64,000 nt of DNA from Candidatus Heimdallarchaeota archaeon (GCA_019058275.1 JAHLVW010000066.1:192001-256000); one strand, 5' to 3'. Positions 20,997 to 31,479 are shown, counted from the stretch's first letter. Made by a program: numbers and translations. The notes: generated from the letters alone by a model not told the origin.

Positions 20997-21169
20997 TTTT
21001 ACATTTCAAATTGATTCAAATTTATCCTTTATATTCAATTGTGAAACATTATTTCTAACGTATTCTTATGTTATATAATTTAGCTAAAAAATAATTCTAT
21101 CTAAGAAAGTGTAAACTTAATTATAGACTAGCTCAAAATACTTTTGAAAGAAAACCCCATAATTACCCT

Positions 21170-23119
21170 ATGAAAAGGCTAAACATCAATTTATCTTCAG
21201 AACGGTTTCGGTTATTAGTGATTTTTCTAGGGACTATTCTCATTGCTGGTTTACTCTTTATTATCAATAGTATTTCAGGGATACTAAACATCCTTGTTTT
21301 TATAACTCAAGCAATAGCTGGTATTATTTTTGCTCTATGGTATGCTCGAATTTTTCTATCCTATTTAGTAGAATTAAGGGAAAAAGAACCAGAAAAAAAA
21401 GTTGGTATACCTTTAGGATGGGCAATATTTGGAATTATTACTTGTGTAATCAATATTATTGTTTGGGGTTTTTTTTCACCATTAATTTTTAATTTTCCAA
21501 AAATCTATTTCCTGGTGCCATCAGCATTGGTTATGGTTGAGATTTCCTATGTTTTTATTAAAGGAAATCGCCGTAAAGCAAGAGATTGGTTGATAATTGT
21601 CTATAATGTTTTTGCATTTCTTTATTTGTTCAACTGGACACTTGTTGACTTTGGAATTGATTTACCCAACATTTTAGGAATTTTTTCGCATACAATAAAT
21701 AGTGGAGTTATGTGGTGGCAAATTGTTTTTGTTAACACAACAGCATTTTTCTCTCCAACTTTTATTTTTCCGATTTATATGCTGAATCCCAGGTATTATT
21801 TTGCAAAACCAGTTAAGGACTATATTAAAGCAAGAGCAGAAATCAAAAAAGAGACATTACTTGATGAATTAAAAGAAGGAGATAAAGAAGCAGATCAATC
21901 AAAATTGCCAGGTGAGAGAACACCATTCTTTGAGGAAAGAAGGAAATTACGAGAACAAGATGAAGAAATTCAAGCTATAGAAAAGGAACTAGCAAAAGTT
22001 TCGGAGGAAGATGATGTTAAATATGCTCAGCATATAGGAGCAAATGATTTCCCTTTTTATTTAAGAAAATTTGTCTCAAATTTTGATTCGTTTTTACGAA
22101 TTATCTCATTGAGTATAATTTTAGTTTTAATTGTTGTAACACCTATTGTTTTCGTAGGTAATATTACTATGAATGCTATTCCTAAACACACCAAACAAAC
22201 GTATGATGTAAGATCAAATATGGTTCTAGCAGTACAAGGCAATGTCTTTTCAACCTTTGATATTAACGGAAACCTTACATCAAGTTGGTATAATGATTTG
22301 ATAAAGGAAATAGCTTGGGTAAAAGAGCTACATGCAACACATATTCGATACGACATTAGTTCAAATGCATTATCCAATAGTGCTACTAAAGGCTATTTGA
22401 ATTTTGGATTGAATAAGATACAAAATAGTGGTTTGAAATTAATCTTGAGTGTTGCTGGTGATTTTGTTCTTACAAAAAGGGAACTGCTAAATACAATCTA
22501 TGAAGACTCTATTGAAATAGCAAAGGACTTTCAACCAGATTATATGATCATATTCAATGAAGTAAATGGTGAATTACTTAGTTATGTAAGTGAACCGGTT
22601 GAAATAGAGGAATGGTTTCCAGCAATTATTAACACTACAAATGTGATCAAAACACAAAATCCTACAACAAAAGTTGTTACAACAATTTTAGCAATAGGTG
22701 ATGGAATTGATGCGCTTCAAAAGATGTTAGCTAACAGCAGCTTGAATCTTGATGCTATTGGCCTCATTTTCTATCCTGTATTTTTTGGTTGGAGATTAAA
22801 TAAATTACTAAAATACCGTGACATTTACAGAGCTGCTGATACTTCTCTTCAATTCTGGATAAGTGAAATTGGTATGGAATCATTCAATTTTGGTGAAGTT
22901 GCGCAAGCAAAATTCCTGTCGAAGATTGCAAGTATGGCAAGTAATGAAGATGAATTAAATGCTTCGGGTATCTGTATAACAAGTTTGAAGGATAATCTAG
23001 GTTATACAATTAATAGAGGTTTAACAAGCCATTTTGGATTAGTATATTACAATGAACGTAAAAAAAGAGCTTTTGAAGCAATTTCATATGCTTACGGTAA
23101 GATTTTGGGAATAATTTAA
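21170..23119 (+). CDS. Multi-TM membrane protein fused to a clan GH-A glycoside hydrolase TIM barrel
   Basis: About 7 TM segments and a charged loop, then a barrel with IFNEVN (acid/base), WISEIG (nucleophile) and HFGLV. Confidence 0.65.
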   Translation: MKRLNINLSSERFRLLVIFLGTILIAGLLFIINSISGILNILVFITQAIAGIIFALWYARIFLSYLVELREKEPEKKVGIPLGWAIFGIITCVINIIVWGFFSPLIFNFPKIYFLVPSALVMVEISYVFIKGNRRKARDWLIIVYNVFAFLYLFNWTLVDFGIDLPNILGIFSHTINSGVMWWQIVFVNTTAFFSPTFIFPIYMLNPRYYFAKPVKDYIKARAEIKKETLLDELKEGDKEADQSKLPGERTPFFEERRKLREQDEEIQAIEKELAKVSEEDDVKYAQHIGANDFPFYLRKFVSNFDSFLRIISLSIILVLIVVTPIVFVGNITMNAIPKHTKQTYDVRSNMVLAVQGNVFSTFDINGNLTSSWYNDLIKEIAWVKELHATHIRYDISSNALSNSATKGYLNFGLNKIQNSGLKLILSVAGDFVLTKRELLNTIYEDSIEIAKDFQPDYMIIFNEVNGELLSYVSEPVEIEEWFPAIINTTNVIKTQNPTTKVVTTILAIGDGIDALQKMLANSSLNLDAIGLIFYPVFFGWRLNKLLKYRDIYRAADTSLQFWISEIGMESFNFGEVAQAKFLSKIASMASNEDELNASGICITSLKDNLGYTINRGLTSHFGLVYYNERKKRAFEAISYAYGKILGII

Positions 23120-23240
23120 GAAGACAAACAATATTTTGTAACAAAGAAATTAAAAAGAAGTTATTTTCAATTGTAGAATTAAGAATAACTGAAAAAACAT
23201 ACTTGAAAAGTAAACTGGTTAACCCTGGAGGGTTTATGCT

Positions 23241-23798
23241 GTGAGCTTTCGTGAAAGAAGATATAAAACCTCAACAGATAAAGACATAAAAATTAGATTG
23301 TTGGATTGGACGGATCTTAACGGAATAACAAAATTCCATGGAGAATTATACGATTCAAATTACTTTGATTCTCCACCTAATACCACTTTAGAAGTTCGCT
23401 ATGTTTTACGAAATCTTGAAGCTAGAGAATTAGCTGGTGGTTTAAGTTTAATTGCTGACCATCAAAAAGAAGTTATTGCTGAAGCTACTTTAGAAACTAG
23501 CATTTTCGGTATACCTGTTCAAAAACACATTGGTAAAATTTGGATGGTTGTTTTACCAGAATGGCGTAGATTAGGAATTGGTACAGAATTAATAACTGCT
23601 TTAGAGCATTTTGCTATCCGTAATGGTATTCTCACACTTTGGACCCACTTTGAAAGGGACTGTGAAGCTGAAGAAAAATTCTATTGTGAGAAACACAAAT
23701 ATGTTAAAACTGGTCTAATCAAAAAGGCATTAATGCGCCAAAATAAACCTAAAGATCATTTATTAGTTCAAAAGGAGCTTCCAAGAGGAGGAATATAA
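23241..23798 (+). CDS. GNAT family N-acetyltransferase
   Basis: VLPEWRRLGIGTEL acetyl-CoA motif A; A.KFY...Y...G. Confidence 0.88.
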   Translation: MSFRERRYKTSTDKDIKIRLLDWTDLNGITKFHGELYDSNYFDSPPNTTLEVRYVLRNLEARELAGGLSLIADHQKEVIAEATLETSIFGIPVQKHIGKIWMVVLPEWRRLGIGTELITALEHFAIRNGILTLWTHFERDCEAEEKFYCEKHKYVKTGLIKKALMRQNKPKDHLLVQKELPRGGI

Positions 23799-23948
23799 TT
23801 CCTATTTTTCTTATTCCTACTCTCCATATTTTCTTTATTGATTGAAACTCATTTTATTTTATATTTCTATTTTTGCTTTTGAAAATTGCACATGAGTACT
23901 ATAATAAGAGATAAAAAGAGATTGTTGTGAAATGAATATATTCCTTAT

Positions 23949-25460
23949 ATGGAGAAGTTAAAAGTAATGAATGATAATGAAAAAGCAAAACCAAGAATAG
24001 CTATTATTACTCTAATACAAGAAGGAGCTGTAAAAGTAGGTGGAGAACACGCAATGCTCTTTCCATATGTAGAGCAAATCCTAAAAGCTGCTGAAACATC
24101 TAAAGAAAAATTAGAAATAATACCTTATGTTGTTTCCCCAAGACCAAAAAAACTAGAGAAACTGGCTCGAGTTGAGGAACTAAAAGAAAAAATGAATAAT
24201 ACTTATGGTGGACAAATGATTCTAGTTTCAAATGGTGCAACAGGACCATATACAAATCCTTGGAATTGGGAGAAATATGGTCATGAAGCTAATAAGGCAA
24301 TCCTTAAACTAGCAAAAGAAAAACAGCTTGATGGTATAATCATTATGGCTCATGGGTTTGCGAGTATTCCGGGAGTTCTCAATCTTATAACCTCTAAAGA
24401 GAATGGACTGTTAGGTGATATCCCAGTTTCTTGTTATTATATAACCCATTCATCATTTGATGAACATAAAGATAATCGTCCCCAAAGAAGAATTCTCGAG
24501 AGAGAAATACAAAATCATGCAAAAATGATAGCCATTAGCCCATATATGAGTAATCATTTAGAAGAAATTGGATTAGTTAAAAGTAGTAATGATACAATTC
24601 CTCTCTATAATGCTTTACCAGAAAAAGGATGGTTCTCGAGTAAAGTTTCAAAGGAACTAACTCTAGAAATGTTGAATGAACGAAATAGTAAAGTAAACCA
24701 AGGTCCATTTTTTGGAGTGGAGCTTCCAATTGAAGACATTCTAGAAGGAAGAAAAGAGTTAGTCTTGTATTTTGGTCGAGCACAAAAATATGTCAAAGGT
24801 ACTGATGCAGTTATTGCATGTGCCAAAAGTGATTCAAAACGACATTACATGTTAATCTGTAGTGGTTCACAAGATGAATTGACTTGGCATAAACGTTTGA
24901 TAAAAGATACTGATAATATAACCATGGCTTGGGAACATAACTCAAAGCTTGTTTTAGGTGTTGTTCAACTGACTGAAGATAATCCAAAAGCTCGAATCTA
25001 TTCCTTGTTTCTGTCAAGAAGAGAACCAATGGGTTTAGTTAGTAGAGAAGTTGTTTTAATGCAAGACAATGGCTCAGTTTTACCTTTAGTTTCAGATAAA
25101 TGTGGATTTGAAGATCAATGGCAGAAAGAATTTAGCTTTGTAGTTGCCAATCCAAGTAGTTATGAAGATGATCTTACAAAACAGAAATCAAATTCACAGT
25201 TAGCCAAAGGTAATGACATCTTTATTCATGATGATTGTATAAGGGATACTTTAGATGCTTTAGATAAATTAAGTAACCTTACAATTAATGAACTAAGAAA
25301 AAGAGTTCTAGGTTACAAAGAAGCAGTAAAAATCAACTATTCACAAAACAGATATTGGTCATTCTATTTAGACGCTGTAGGTGTGAATGCACCAAACATT
25401 GAAACCTATATTGAAAATATAATAAAAAAGAATAATCTCGAAAAAATTCCAAACGTTTAG
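23949..25460 (+). CDS. Divergent GT-B fold (GT4-like) glycosyltransferase
   Basis: N-terminal VGGE, AISPYM, LYNAL, YFGR...KG, EPMGLVSRE (EX7E). Confidence 0.7.
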   Translation: MEKLKVMNDNEKAKPRIAIITLIQEGAVKVGGEHAMLFPYVEQILKAAETSKEKLEIIPYVVSPRPKKLEKLARVEELKEKMNNTYGGQMILVSNGATGPYTNPWNWEKYGHEANKAILKLAKEKQLDGIIIMAHGFASIPGVLNLITSKENGLLGDIPVSCYYITHSSFDEHKDNRPQRRILEREIQNHAKMIAISPYMSNHLEEIGLVKSSNDTIPLYNALPEKGWFSSKVSKELTLEMLNERNSKVNQGPFFGVELPIEDILEGRKELVLYFGRAQKYVKGTDAVIACAKSDSKRHYMLICSGSQDELTWHKRLIKDTDNITMAWEHNSKLVLGVVQLTEDNPKARIYSLFLSRREPMGLVSREVVLMQDNGSVLPLVSDKCGFEDQWQKEFSFVVANPSSYEDDLTKQKSNSQLAKGNDIFIHDDCIRDTLDALDKLSNLTINELRKRVLGYKEAVKINYSQNRYWSFYLDAVGVNAPNIETYIENIIKKNNLEKIPNV

Positions 25461-25470
25461 AAAAAATGAT

Positions 25471-25950
25471 TTAGTATAGTTTTTCAGTTTTAATTATTTG
25501 ATCTAAAATGGAACTATTATTTTCTTTATCTGGATATTCAGAGCATTCTGAATGTTTCCCACAATTTTTTTGAGCAATTTCTAACTCTAACAGTGTATTT
25601 TTGAATTGAGAAAAGGAAGTAATTTCACCTGTAAAATCCTTTACAGTATTCCCAAATTTTTCATTAAATAATCGTGCTATCTTCTTCAGTTTTGATCTTA
25701 TAGTTTGCATCCGATCTGATGTATCTGAAACTAAAATGTATAGTAATCCATTACTTTTAAGAAAATTCACATTCGTATTCTCGAATTTCAATTGCTCCAA
25801 AGTTCCTTGCTCAAATTCCTCAGAAAAAGAGATAAGTGCTTCAAAGAAAGCAGAAAGTAATATCGGATTTGAATTTAGACTATGACAATTGCCAAAATTA
25901 TCATTTAACAGAGTAGTACCATCTTTGATTATAATTAAATTCTGAATCAT
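25471..25950 (-). CDS. Longin-like domain protein
   Basis: MIQNLIII.DG..L...F......LLSAFFEALISFSEE...L....F...N......L.Y.L..D......L..I...F...F......G....F..F longin pattern. Confidence 0.72.
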   Translation of the reverse strand: MIQNLIIIKDGTTLLNDNFGNCHSLNSNPILLSAFFEALISFSEEFEQGTLEQLKFENTNVNFLKSNGLLYILVSDTSDRMQTIRSKLKKIARLFNEKFGNTVKDFTGEITSFSQFKNTLLELEIAQKNCGKHSECSEYPDKENNSSILDQIIKTEKLY

Positions 25951-26202
25951 TTCATGTGAATATCAATGAAATACTATAAAATATCTGTGAATCATTAACT
26001 AATGTTTTCGTATTTCGATATCTCAGAATTTAACTTAATACATATTTAAGCTAAGATTTGCTTCAAAGCATAGATTTATTTCTTACAACAAAAATAGTGA
26101 GTTATACTTAGAATTTGTAATAATTTAAACCATATCAGTTCAATAGGGATTACTATTCACGATTAATTTCTTTATAGATAATCATTATAGAGGAATCTAC
26201 AT

Positions 26203-29200
26203 ATGACGAATATTGAGAAGAAAAAGGAACTAAACCAAGAAGCCAAAACTAAAGATTCCCATATTATTGTGGATGGCAAAATTAATTCAGACTTGACAGA
26301 TATAGAAGCATTACGTCAAGAATTAATTATAAGCGAAAGAAAATCATTGGGACTTTTTGAACTAACAAATGACGCTATTTTTCTTATAGGTCTGGATGGT
26401 AAGTATATTGATGTGAATCAAAGAGCAGCAGAAATGTTAGGTTATAACCGACATGATATGATTGGCTCATCACTGCTGAACTTTATTGTAGAAGACGAAC
26501 AAGAAAATACTATGGAAAAATTAAATGAATTGCTGTCTGGACGTATTTTACCAATCTATATTCGTAGGTTTAAGCGAAGTAATGGTTCAATTTTTCCCGC
26601 AGAAATTAATGCTGCTGTTGTTCAAGATGAGGATGGTAATCCTGCATATATTCAAAGTGCTGTAAGAGATATTAGTGAAAGAGTTGAAGCTGAAGAAGCA
26701 CTTGTAAAAGAAAGAAAAGCGTTTCATTTTATTGCAGAAGCAACTATTTTTGCAGATGATATTGCTGATTTATGTCAGAGGATTCTATCAGGAATAACAC
26801 AAATACTAGGTTTTGATGCTTCCACGGTAAGATTATATGACACAGAAACTAGAATGTTGATTCCTGTTGCAGTAACTAATTTGGAGAAGAAGGCACTAAA
26901 TCCTGATGTTAAACCACAATCTATTGATGATCCAAATTGTGTATTTGCTTTAACTGCTAGAAAGAAACGCGCTATAGTTTCACCTAAATATGAAGACAGG
27001 TCGCTAATGGCTCCTTTTGTTGACAAAATGATCAAACTAGGAATTTATGCCATTATTTCTTGGCCAATTTTAGATGCTAATAATAACTTACTAGGAGTCC
27101 TTCAATTAGTATCACATAAACCAAAAGAGATACCAGAAGAAGATATGCTGTTTTTTGAAACAATAGCTAGAATATTTACAGTAGCTTTAGAACGAAAAAG
27201 AGCCGAAGAAGCTCTTAAGGAAAGTGAAGAGAAATATCGATCATTTGCTCAAAACTTTCAAGGGATAGCCTATAGAACGAAAATAGATTGGACACCAATT
27301 TTCTTCAATGGTGCAGTAGAAGCAATAACAGGCTATACCGAAGAAGAACTTAAAACATGGAATCCAAGATGGGAGGATATTATACATCCTGATGATAAAG
27401 CATTTGTTATTGGTTTAGAACAGCGACTTCAGACATTACCAAACCATGTTATTGAGCTTGAATATAGAATTATTCGTAAAGATGGACAAATTAGATGGAT
27501 ACATGAGATAAGCCAAAATATTTGCGATGAAAAAGGAAAGCTGATTTTTGTCCAAGGTGCGATATATGATGTTTCAGAAAGAATGCGTACTGATAGTATG
27601 CAGAAAATAAAACAAAATCTAGGCATTTCTTTAAGTTCAATAAGTAACATAAAAGTTGGTTTAGATGTTGTTTTAGAAGCTACGTGTACGATTGATGTAA
27701 TAGAATGTGGTGTAATATACCTAGTTGATAAAGATACTGGCTTTCTTAATCCAGTTTCCTCTGAAAAATTAAGTGGTGAATTCATTGATCAAATATCCTA
27801 CTTCTCAACTGAATCCCCTTTTACAAAAGCAATCTTAACTGGAAGTTCAGTATATAGTGATTATAATGATTTGACTAAAGATGCAAACTTCAAAATGATT
27901 AAAGAAGAAGGAATACATGCATTAGCCAATATCCCAATCTATTCTGAGGACAAAATTGTAGCAATAATGATGCTTGGTTCTCTTTCATCTGACACTATAC
28001 CAATAAATACACGAAATACACTTGAGATTATTTCTTCCCAAATAAGTGGTGCTATAGCAAGAATTAGAGCAGAACAAGCTTTAAGAGAAAGTGATGAAAA
28101 GTATCGTACATTTGTTATGAATTTCCAAGGAATTGCTTATCGGTGTGATCTAAATAGCAATTATTTATTCTTAGATGGAGCAGTTGAAAAAATAACCAGC
28201 TATTCATCTGATGAATTAATTTTAAAGAAAAATACTCGAAAAGAGCTAATCCATCCTTATGATTTAGAGGAAGTAGATAAAAAATTCAAGGAATCAATTA
28301 CATCTCCAGATGAAATTGGCAAACATGAATATCGAATAATAACCAAGGATGGTCGTATTAATTGGGTTCAAGATATTTGGCGAGTACTTAAAGATGAAAA
28401 TAATAAGCCTATAGGTTTTCAAGGGTCTGTACATGATGTTAGCGAAAGAAAAAGTGCTCAAGATGAAATTCAAAAATTGTATGCTGACTTAGAGCGAAGA
28501 GTAGAAGAGCGAACTGAACAGCTAACAGCAACGAATAAAGAATTAACAGCATTTTCTTATTCCGTTTCCCATGACTTGAGAACACCACTCAGACATATTG
28601 GTGGTTTTGCACAACTATTGCAAAAACGAGTCACAACTGCTTCTGAACATGATGAACGGATCTTAAGTTATACGCAAAAAATCATAGATTCTGTAGAGGA
28701 AATGAATAAGCTAATTGATGGATTACTTACTTTTTCAAGAATGAGTCGAGTTGAGATGGTTAAAATCAGAATTAATCTCACTGAACTTATTCAAGATGTT
28801 CTCAATGACTTTCAAGTTGAACTTGGTAATAGACAGATTGATGTTTCTGTCAATTTCTTGCCTGATGTCATAGGTGATCCCTCTCTATTGCGTTTGGTTT
28901 TAGTTAATTTGATAGCTAATGCACTTAAATTCACAAAGAAGAAGGATATTGCTAAAATCGAGATTGGAACAATGGCTGCAAAAGATTCGGAAAAGGCTAC
29001 AACTTACATTCGAGATAATGGCATTGGTTTTGATATGAAATACTATGACAGGCTTTTTGGTGTATTTCAGCGACTTCATAAAAATGAGGAATTTGAAGGT
29101 ACAGGTATTGGATTAGCAACAGTGCAGCGAGTGATCCGTCGTATGAATGGATCAATTTGGGCTGAGGGTGAAGTAGAAAAAGGTGCGACATTCTATTTCT

Positions 29201-29241
29201 CCATACCAAAAGCTGAGATGAGTGAAGAATCAGAAGAATAA
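26203..29241 (+). CDS. Soluble PAS-GAF-PAS-GAF-PAS sensor histidine kinase
   Basis: Three PAS/PAC and two GAF domains; H-box SHDLRTPL, N-box NLIANALKF, DNGIGF, LFGVFQRLH, GTGIGLA; no TM. Confidence 0.93.
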   Translation: MTNIEKKKELNQEAKTKDSHIIVDGKINSDLTDIEALRQELIISERKSLGLFELTNDAIFLIGLDGKYIDVNQRAAEMLGYNRHDMIGSSLLNFIVEDEQENTMEKLNELLSGRILPIYIRRFKRSNGSIFPAEINAAVVQDEDGNPAYIQSAVRDISERVEAEEALVKERKAFHFIAEATIFADDIADLCQRILSGITQILGFDASTVRLYDTETRMLIPVAVTNLEKKALNPDVKPQSIDDPNCVFALTARKKRAIVSPKYEDRSLMAPFVDKMIKLGIYAIISWPILDANNNLLGVLQLVSHKPKEIPEEDMLFFETIARIFTVALERKRAEEALKESEEKYRSFAQNFQGIAYRTKIDWTPIFFNGAVEAITGYTEEELKTWNPRWEDIIHPDDKAFVIGLEQRLQTLPNHVIELEYRIIRKDGQIRWIHEISQNICDEKGKLIFVQGAIYDVSERMRTDSMQKIKQNLGISLSSISNIKVGLDVVLEATCTIDVIECGVIYLVDKDTGFLNPVSSEKLSGEFIDQISYFSTESPFTKAILTGSSVYSDYNDLTKDANFKMIKEEGIHALANIPIYSEDKIVAIMMLGSLSSDTIPINTRNTLEIISSQISGAIARIRAEQALRESDEKYRTFVMNFQGIAYRCDLNSNYLFLDGAVEKITSYSSDELILKKNTRKELIHPYDLEEVDKKFKESITSPDEIGKHEYRIITKDGRINWVQDIWRVLKDENNKPIGFQGSVHDVSERKSAQDEIQKLYADLERRVEERTEQLTATNKELTAFSYSVSHDLRTPLRHIGGFAQLLQKRVTTASEHDERILSYTQKIIDSVEEMNKLIDGLLTFSRMSRVEMVKIRINLTELIQDVLNDFQVELGNRQIDVSVNFLPDVIGDPSLLRLVLVNLIANALKFTKKKDIAKIEIGTMAAKDSEKATTYIRDNGIGFDMKYYDRLFGVFQRLHKNEEFEGTGIGLATVQRVIRRMNGSIWAEGEVEKGATFYFSIPKAEMSEESEE

Positions 29242-29259
29242 TCTTATTCTAGTTTTAGA

Positions 29260-29688
29260 CTATAGACTGTTTATCCATGCAGGTAAGGCATCTGAAAACA
29301 ATTCATCTTCATCATTTGTCTCGATGTTATTGTAAAGTTCTTCAAGTGCATCCTTAACAAGATAGATGTTTTTTGTTGATGTAGGATAACTCATTGCAAA
29401 ATTAAGTAAAGGAAAATATTTTTCAGTTAATTGATCTACTGATTCTATAAGCATAGGATAAAGGTCATTTGGAACCGGAAGATCTTTTACCCAATCAATT
29501 GCTATTTCAACAGTAGGTAATTTTTCTTCTGCTAACAAATAAGATGCCATAGCTATACTATTAATTGCTTTTTGACATTGCTCAAAAACTGAGTTATGGT
29601 TTAAACTTCGTCTTGCTTTCATAGCAAGCTGATACTTATGCAAAGCATCAATAGCTAATTCAGATATTTTCTCATGATTAGTAATCAT
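29260..29688 (-). CDS. Hypothetical protein, possibly HEPN-like fold
   Basis: All-helical; FEQCQKAINSIAMA..L....LP and L..KY......YP echo the HEPN consensus. Confidence 0.45.
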   Translation of the reverse strand: MITNHEKISELAIDALHKYQLAMKARRSLNHNSVFEQCQKAINSIAMASYLLAEEKLPTVEIAIDWVKDLPVPNDLYPMLIESVDQLTEKYFPLLNFAMSYPTSTKNIYLVKDALEELYNNIETNDEDELFSDALPAWINSL

Positions 29689-29743
29689 TTTCCTAACCTT
29701 GTCATACTACCATTGTGTAAACAGATTAAAATACTATCTTATT

Positions 29744-30610
29744 TTATTTGCGAGACCAACTTGATATGTAATAGAGATTGCTTTTTTCAGTATTAATTTT
29801 GGGGTCATCAACAAACCATTTTCCATGAATTCCTCTTTCCTGTAATGTCAAGTCAAAATGACACATTGCTATCCCCAAATCAATTCGTTTCAGAGTTGGA
29901 ATTCTCACTTCCTTTCTCTTTAATCTTAAATGTATGTAGAAGTGATAATTATCATTTGAATCCCTTACAATTCTCCAAGGTTGCTCATTTCTAGCAGATG
30001 GTGCGATTCGAACCATTTCTAATGCTCTAGAATAAGTATCATTATCTAATTTCTCGAGAGATGTACCGAAATTATTAGAAAAGAATAATCTAGACCAAGC
30101 CTTTCTTTTTCTCGCTTTAATCCCCCAACTTAGAATAGATTCCCTAGCATCAGGATTATCTAAAGCATAACCAATAGGTGAAATTGCGGGAATATATTCA
30201 TTACCAAGAATGTTTGCTTTTTTCTCAAAATCTCTTCCAGTGAATTTTGCACCAAGCCAACAAGTGTCAAGACCTATTTCAGATGATTTTAAAATTATTT
30301 TTTCGAAATTGTAACCGAAATCTTCCAACTTGTTTTCGTTTTTATCAATAATTCCAACAATGAAGTTTTTAGCTCCAATAATCATACCATAAGTTCCTAT
30401 TCTTATTTTTTCATCAGAATTTAATGGTTCTTTATCTACAATTATAAAACGAGATTTACCATCTAAAGGTCCAACAAATGGTTCTTTTATTAGATCAGAT
30501 AATTTTCCAAGTACCTTTGCATCAATGCTATCTTTTTTGTATGTTCTTCTTGATATTCTAGACTCAATTATCTCTTCAATAGGCTTACTAAATTTCAAAT
30601 CAAAATGCAC
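29744..30610 (-). CDS. Nitroreductase family protein (duplicated-domain type)
   Basis: RISRRTY, GYNFEKIIL...GLDTCWLG, RIAPSARNEQPW, IDLGIAMCHF. Confidence 0.9.
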   Translation of the reverse strand: MHFDLKFSKPIEEIIESRISRRTYKKDSIDAKVLGKLSDLIKEPFVGPLDGKSRFIIVDKEPLNSDEKIRIGTYGMIIGAKNFIVGIIDKNENKLEDFGYNFEKIILKSSEIGLDTCWLGAKFTGRDFEKKANILGNEYIPAISPIGYALDNPDARESILSWGIKARKRKAWSRLFFSNNFGTSLEKLDNDTYSRALEMVRIAPSARNEQPWRIVRDSNDNYHFYIHLRLKRKEVRIPTLKRIDLGIAMCHFDLTLQERGIHGKWFVDDPKINTEKSNLYYISSWSRK

Positions 30611-30660
30611 CGTTTGTAAAAAAAGAATAAGTTATGGATAAAAATATATCCATTTATCAT

Positions 30661-31316
30661 TTAATATTGCTCATCCACTTCTTCTTTGATATCATCAAGA
30701 TGCTCGAAAAGCTTTCTCCTCTTAACATCTTTTTTCTCTTCTGAAATCAAAATGCCTTCTTGTGTTGGTGGTGGTGTTATCTCTGGAATTGGTAATTGTA
30801 CTGATTTAACCATAGCATAAATACTTGCAGCCATTAGTAGTGGGAAATAAACAGCTGCATAATAGAAACCATATTGTAATTCTAAAAGAGGGTCAAAGGA
30901 CTGGTTATTCAAGAATCGAAAGAAAAGCATTGTACCTATGAAACCAATTATTGAACCAAAAAGCATGAAAGTGCTGCTGATTCTTTGAAGTTTAAAGCTT
31001 CTCCACTTATTTCTACCAGTAAAGAAAATTGAAGCAAAAATTACTACAAATCCAGTTAAAACAAGAACGAGTATTTCAATTTTGTAATCAGGAAGAGACC
31101 ACCATGCTACGCCTTCATCCGAATCCTCATCTATGCGATCATATGTATGCCATAATCCAGCAAACGATACATCTATTCTCCAAGTTATATCTTCCTCATC
31201 AGTGTATTTACTATGAGCAAATGGAAAAGCTATAATACAGAAATTAGAAAGAACAACAATTGAAAATAAAACTATCAAATATGTCTATCCCTAAATCTCT
31301 CTACAGATACTGTCAC
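30661..31316 (-). CDS. Tetraspan membrane protein, claudin/PMP22-like (1-nt deletion near 31279)
   Basis: GGAG RBS + GTG at 31316 (MTVSVERFRDRHI) joins the ORF at 31278 after a 1-nt shift. 4 TM; GLW in loop 1; YGFY before TM4. Confidence 0.6.
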
Positions 31317-31411
31317 TTGTTAAATTACACTCCGTTAAGTAAAATTTGATTATCAATCTTATAAACATAAGGAGACAAAAAAACTTTTGTTTTTAAAGAA
31401 GAAAAAATAGC

Positions 31412-31440
31412 GAGGTTTTGTGATCAAAGCTCAAAACCTC
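31412..31440 (-). terminator. Hairpin GAGGTTTTG/CAAAACCTC plus U-tract after the ABC operon
   Basis: 9-bp perfect stem; the minus strand continues gctattttttcttc. Confidence 0.6.
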
Positions 31441-31479
31441 TAGCGATTGATGTGGGACACTTAAGGAGTTATGTGAGTA

